In this document: piece after piece, positions 61,466-64,000 of the stretch
Numbering within the stretch: position 1 is the stretch's first letter
Layout: the number at the start of each line of letters is the position of its first letter
Source of the DNA: Cycas panzhihuaensis
Taxonomy: Eukaryota; Plantae; Cycadophyta
Direction: 5' to 3'
Assembly: GCA_023213395.1 (NCBI GenBank)
Contig: CM041465.1
Coordinates: 191,277,741 to 191,341,740, forward strand
Length of the DNA: 64,000 bases
Made by a program: the position numbers and the translations under genes
Notes under the pieces: model-generated
What the model was told of the DNA's origin: nothing
What the model saw: the letters and a program-made list of their open reading frames with translations, nothing else
Database searches by the model: none

Positions 61466-64000
61466 TGTTAGAATATAATGTCTAATCCTTTTGTATATTA
61501 ATGACATGTGTCATTATGTTATGTATCGGTTACAAAGTAGTTCCAGAGGGTTACAAACCCTAATTGTATATATATACTCATATACTCTCAATAAGATCAT
61601 CAAGTATTCTTCTTTAGCCATTGTAGCATCAATCCTACATGGTATCAGAAGCATTTTACATCTAGATCTTGTCTAGAGAAATATTTTCGTACGACTGTAT
61701 GGACAGGTCCATACACCAGTATGGTCAAAAAAAATTGTCTCAGAATTTGATGAAATTTCACCAGGAAGGGTGCCTTGACCTGCTCTTCACTTCTCTCCAA
61801 AGGATCGAACTCAAATTTCATCGCTTTGATGCCCGAAAGACTACCCGAAGTTGTACGACTGCCATTGGAGACTTTTGTTGGTTTGTCACTGTACGGACGT
61901 CTATATTGGGAAAACCTGGTATCACTAGAAAGCCTTCAACATAAGCTTTCCATTTATATATGACTCGAAGGCCTTCTCCTTCAGATCCAAAAGAAATCAA
62001 CAAAATCGTGAAAAAACCCTAGCCGCCCATTAGAGTTTCGTCTGGCTTTCCTCCTCACTAAGAGATCCATCCAAAAAAAAAGTTGCTGATCAGGAATCTA
62101 CACATCAAGGCCGTTCTTTTGACACCTCTTTCAGGGCATTTTGAGAATGTTGATTTTTTGACTCATTTCTTGTGCGGTACTGCCATCTGTACGATTGTCC
62201 GCAGTAGTTTATTATCTCAGAAAAGCACTCAAAAAACCTCCTTGCTGCATTTTCCTTGTTTTGACTGAGTATTCTAGTCTCTTTCATTTCTTAAAAATAT
62301 ATTAAAAAGGGAGATATATTTGTTGCACTTGTCTTCTTCTTCTTCCACGGGTAGATAACACTGCTTGGCCACCGTTCCTAATATAGAGACCTTGTTCTGG
62401 GGGTCTATAAAAATCGCGTTGGACCTGTCGTTCTTGGCTAAGCACGTTGGGAGTTTGGAACCATCGTGTGAAGTGAAGGGAATCGAAAGGACCCAATACC
62501 TAGGCCTTAGACAGAACTTGCTCACGGATTTAAGCCTCCACGTACCGAAAGGTATATAGGAGGACCCTATGGGACCTTGAGCCCAACTTAGATTAGGGAG
62601 CTCGACCGACCATCGAAGCCTCGTAGTACAGTGGTTAGCGGTTAGCGCCAAGAAGCTACCTATCTCGAATCTCCATTGGAGGTTTATCGACAAGCCTACG
62701 AGTCCAGTTAATCCCGTGACTAGACTTGATAGAATTACTCACCTTCTCATGACTTCCTCTCTTCGACTTCCTGAGTCTGAAAAACTCACCGATGATAACT
62801 ATGAATCATGGAAGACCAAGATGAGATCCATACTAGTGGCTCAGGGTGCATGGGACCAGACAGAGAGCATCAAACCTGAGCCTATAAACGTTGTTGAAAA
62901 GAAGCTACACATGGAACAAAAAGGTCTTGCACTTGCCTCAATAACTCTGTCAGTTGCAGACTCCATCCTACCTCACATAGCTGGCGCCACCAATCCTCAT
63001 GAAGCCTGGACCACATTGAAGACCTTGTATGCCCAGAAAAACACAGCTTGTGTCATGGGACTCAAAAGCCAAATGGCTACCCTAAGGATGTCTGAATCAG
63101 AAGACTTCACTTCCTTTCTTGGACGATTCAAGCTACTTCATGAAAACCTGGTGTCAGTTGGAGAGAGTTATTCAGATGGTGACCTCATTGACCTTATTAT
63201 ACACAAACTTCCTGCCTGATTCTAGAACATCTTACAAGTTGACGGTAGAAATTGCACAACACTCATTCACTATTGTTTGTGGCCAACTTCTACATCATGA
63301 GCAGACTGAAACCAATCTCGAAAATGAATTGGAAAATGCATTTTCATCCAGAGTGAGTATACGAGGCAGGGCACCACCAACAGAGGAGTTTTTCGTGTAT
63401 TGGACCGAGGGAGAAGACGACCCACAAACTATACTCCTGGTAGAGGACGATCTTCTCCTCGCACTCACCCCATCCAGTACTCAGGAGGACGACTTGGTCA
63501 CCAAATCATCTACTATTATTGTGGAAAAACTGGTCACTACACCACCGACTGTCGTCACCGCAAAGCTGACATAGAAAGGGGGATCATAGCTTCAGGTAGC
63601 TACTCAGGACAACCTGACAAAAAGGAGTCAATTGAAGAAGAAGAAGAAGAGACCGCATTTGTAACAGCTCTTTCCTCAGCAGTAAAGAACAAAAATCATG
63701 ATGATTGGTTTATAGACTCTGGAGCTTCTAGACACATGATCCACAAGCGAGCTTGGTTCTGCAGCATAAGCCCTACTCAAAATTGCGACTCAGTTGAACT
63801 TGGAGATGACACCAGCCATCCAATACAAGGACATGGAACAGTTCCTATTACCTTGCCAGATGGAAACACTGAAAAAGTTGGCAGTGTGCTCTATGTACCA
63901 GGCATGACAAAAAACCTATTACATGTATCTCAACTGACAGACAACAAGCTCCAGGTCCTATTTGATAGTGATGGATGTGTCATTTTTTATAAATACAAAG
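61466..64000 (+). mobile_element. Ty1/Copia element E, 5' part: LTR 61466..61639, PBS-Met, long leader, gag-PR (disrupted); runs off the window
   Basis: tgttag...ctaca followed by TGGTATCAGA; gag NYESWKTKMRSIL..HEAWTTLK from ATG ~62749 with a premature stop at 63219; CCHC knuckle at ~63520; [11 protein letters not shown] at ~63705. Confidence 0.92.

Noticed and set aside
62532-62566. Group II intron domain V-like hairpin (AGC...GAAA)
   Set aside because: The AGC triad is unpaired and there is no domain VI or intron boundary; no hammerhead core (CUGANGA/GAAA) found either
62615-62675. tRNA gene or SINE (TAGTACAGTGG A-box-like, TCGAATC B-box-like)
   Set aside because: No cloverleaf acceptor or T stems can be formed; better explained as part of the structured Copia leader
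62274-62693. 139-aa antisense ORF in the Copia E leader
   Set aside because: No recognisable domain; expected by chance in a GC-richer segment

Overview
AT-rich nuclear DNA from a large-genome land plant. A non-seed vascular plant or gymnosperm is plausible, but the lineage cannot be fixed from sequence alone. The only host gene is RAPTOR (TORC1 scaffold) on the minus strand: 15 GT-AG exons between 58154 and 36893 splice into one open frame of 2860 nt (~953 codons). They cover most of the RNC domain, the HEAT repeats, the Ser-rich linker and the start of the WD40 region. The first exon(s) lie beyond the right edge. The remaining WD40 exons were not found in the 36.9 kb to the left, so that stretch is either a giant intron or the gene is 3'-truncated. 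Almost everything else is nested, mostly degenerate LTR retrotransposons. These comprise several Ty1/Copia copies, an 11.8-kb non-chromovirus Ty3/Gypsy element with an extra ORF and a ~1-kb 21-bp tandem array, gag-only and TRIM-like non-autonomous elements, and solo LTRs. Several have readable TSDs, PBS and PPT. A ~450-bp plastid fragment (trnK-UUU 3' exon plus the group II intron end) sits inside a Copia RT. Highlights are the Gypsy extra-ORF/GTTGCAAC array module, LTR pairs that share U3 but not R-U5, the trnK NUPT, a densely structured Copia leader, and a four-layer nest inside a 12-kb RAPTOR intron. Coordinates were read by eye, and TE boundaries without TSDs are approximate.
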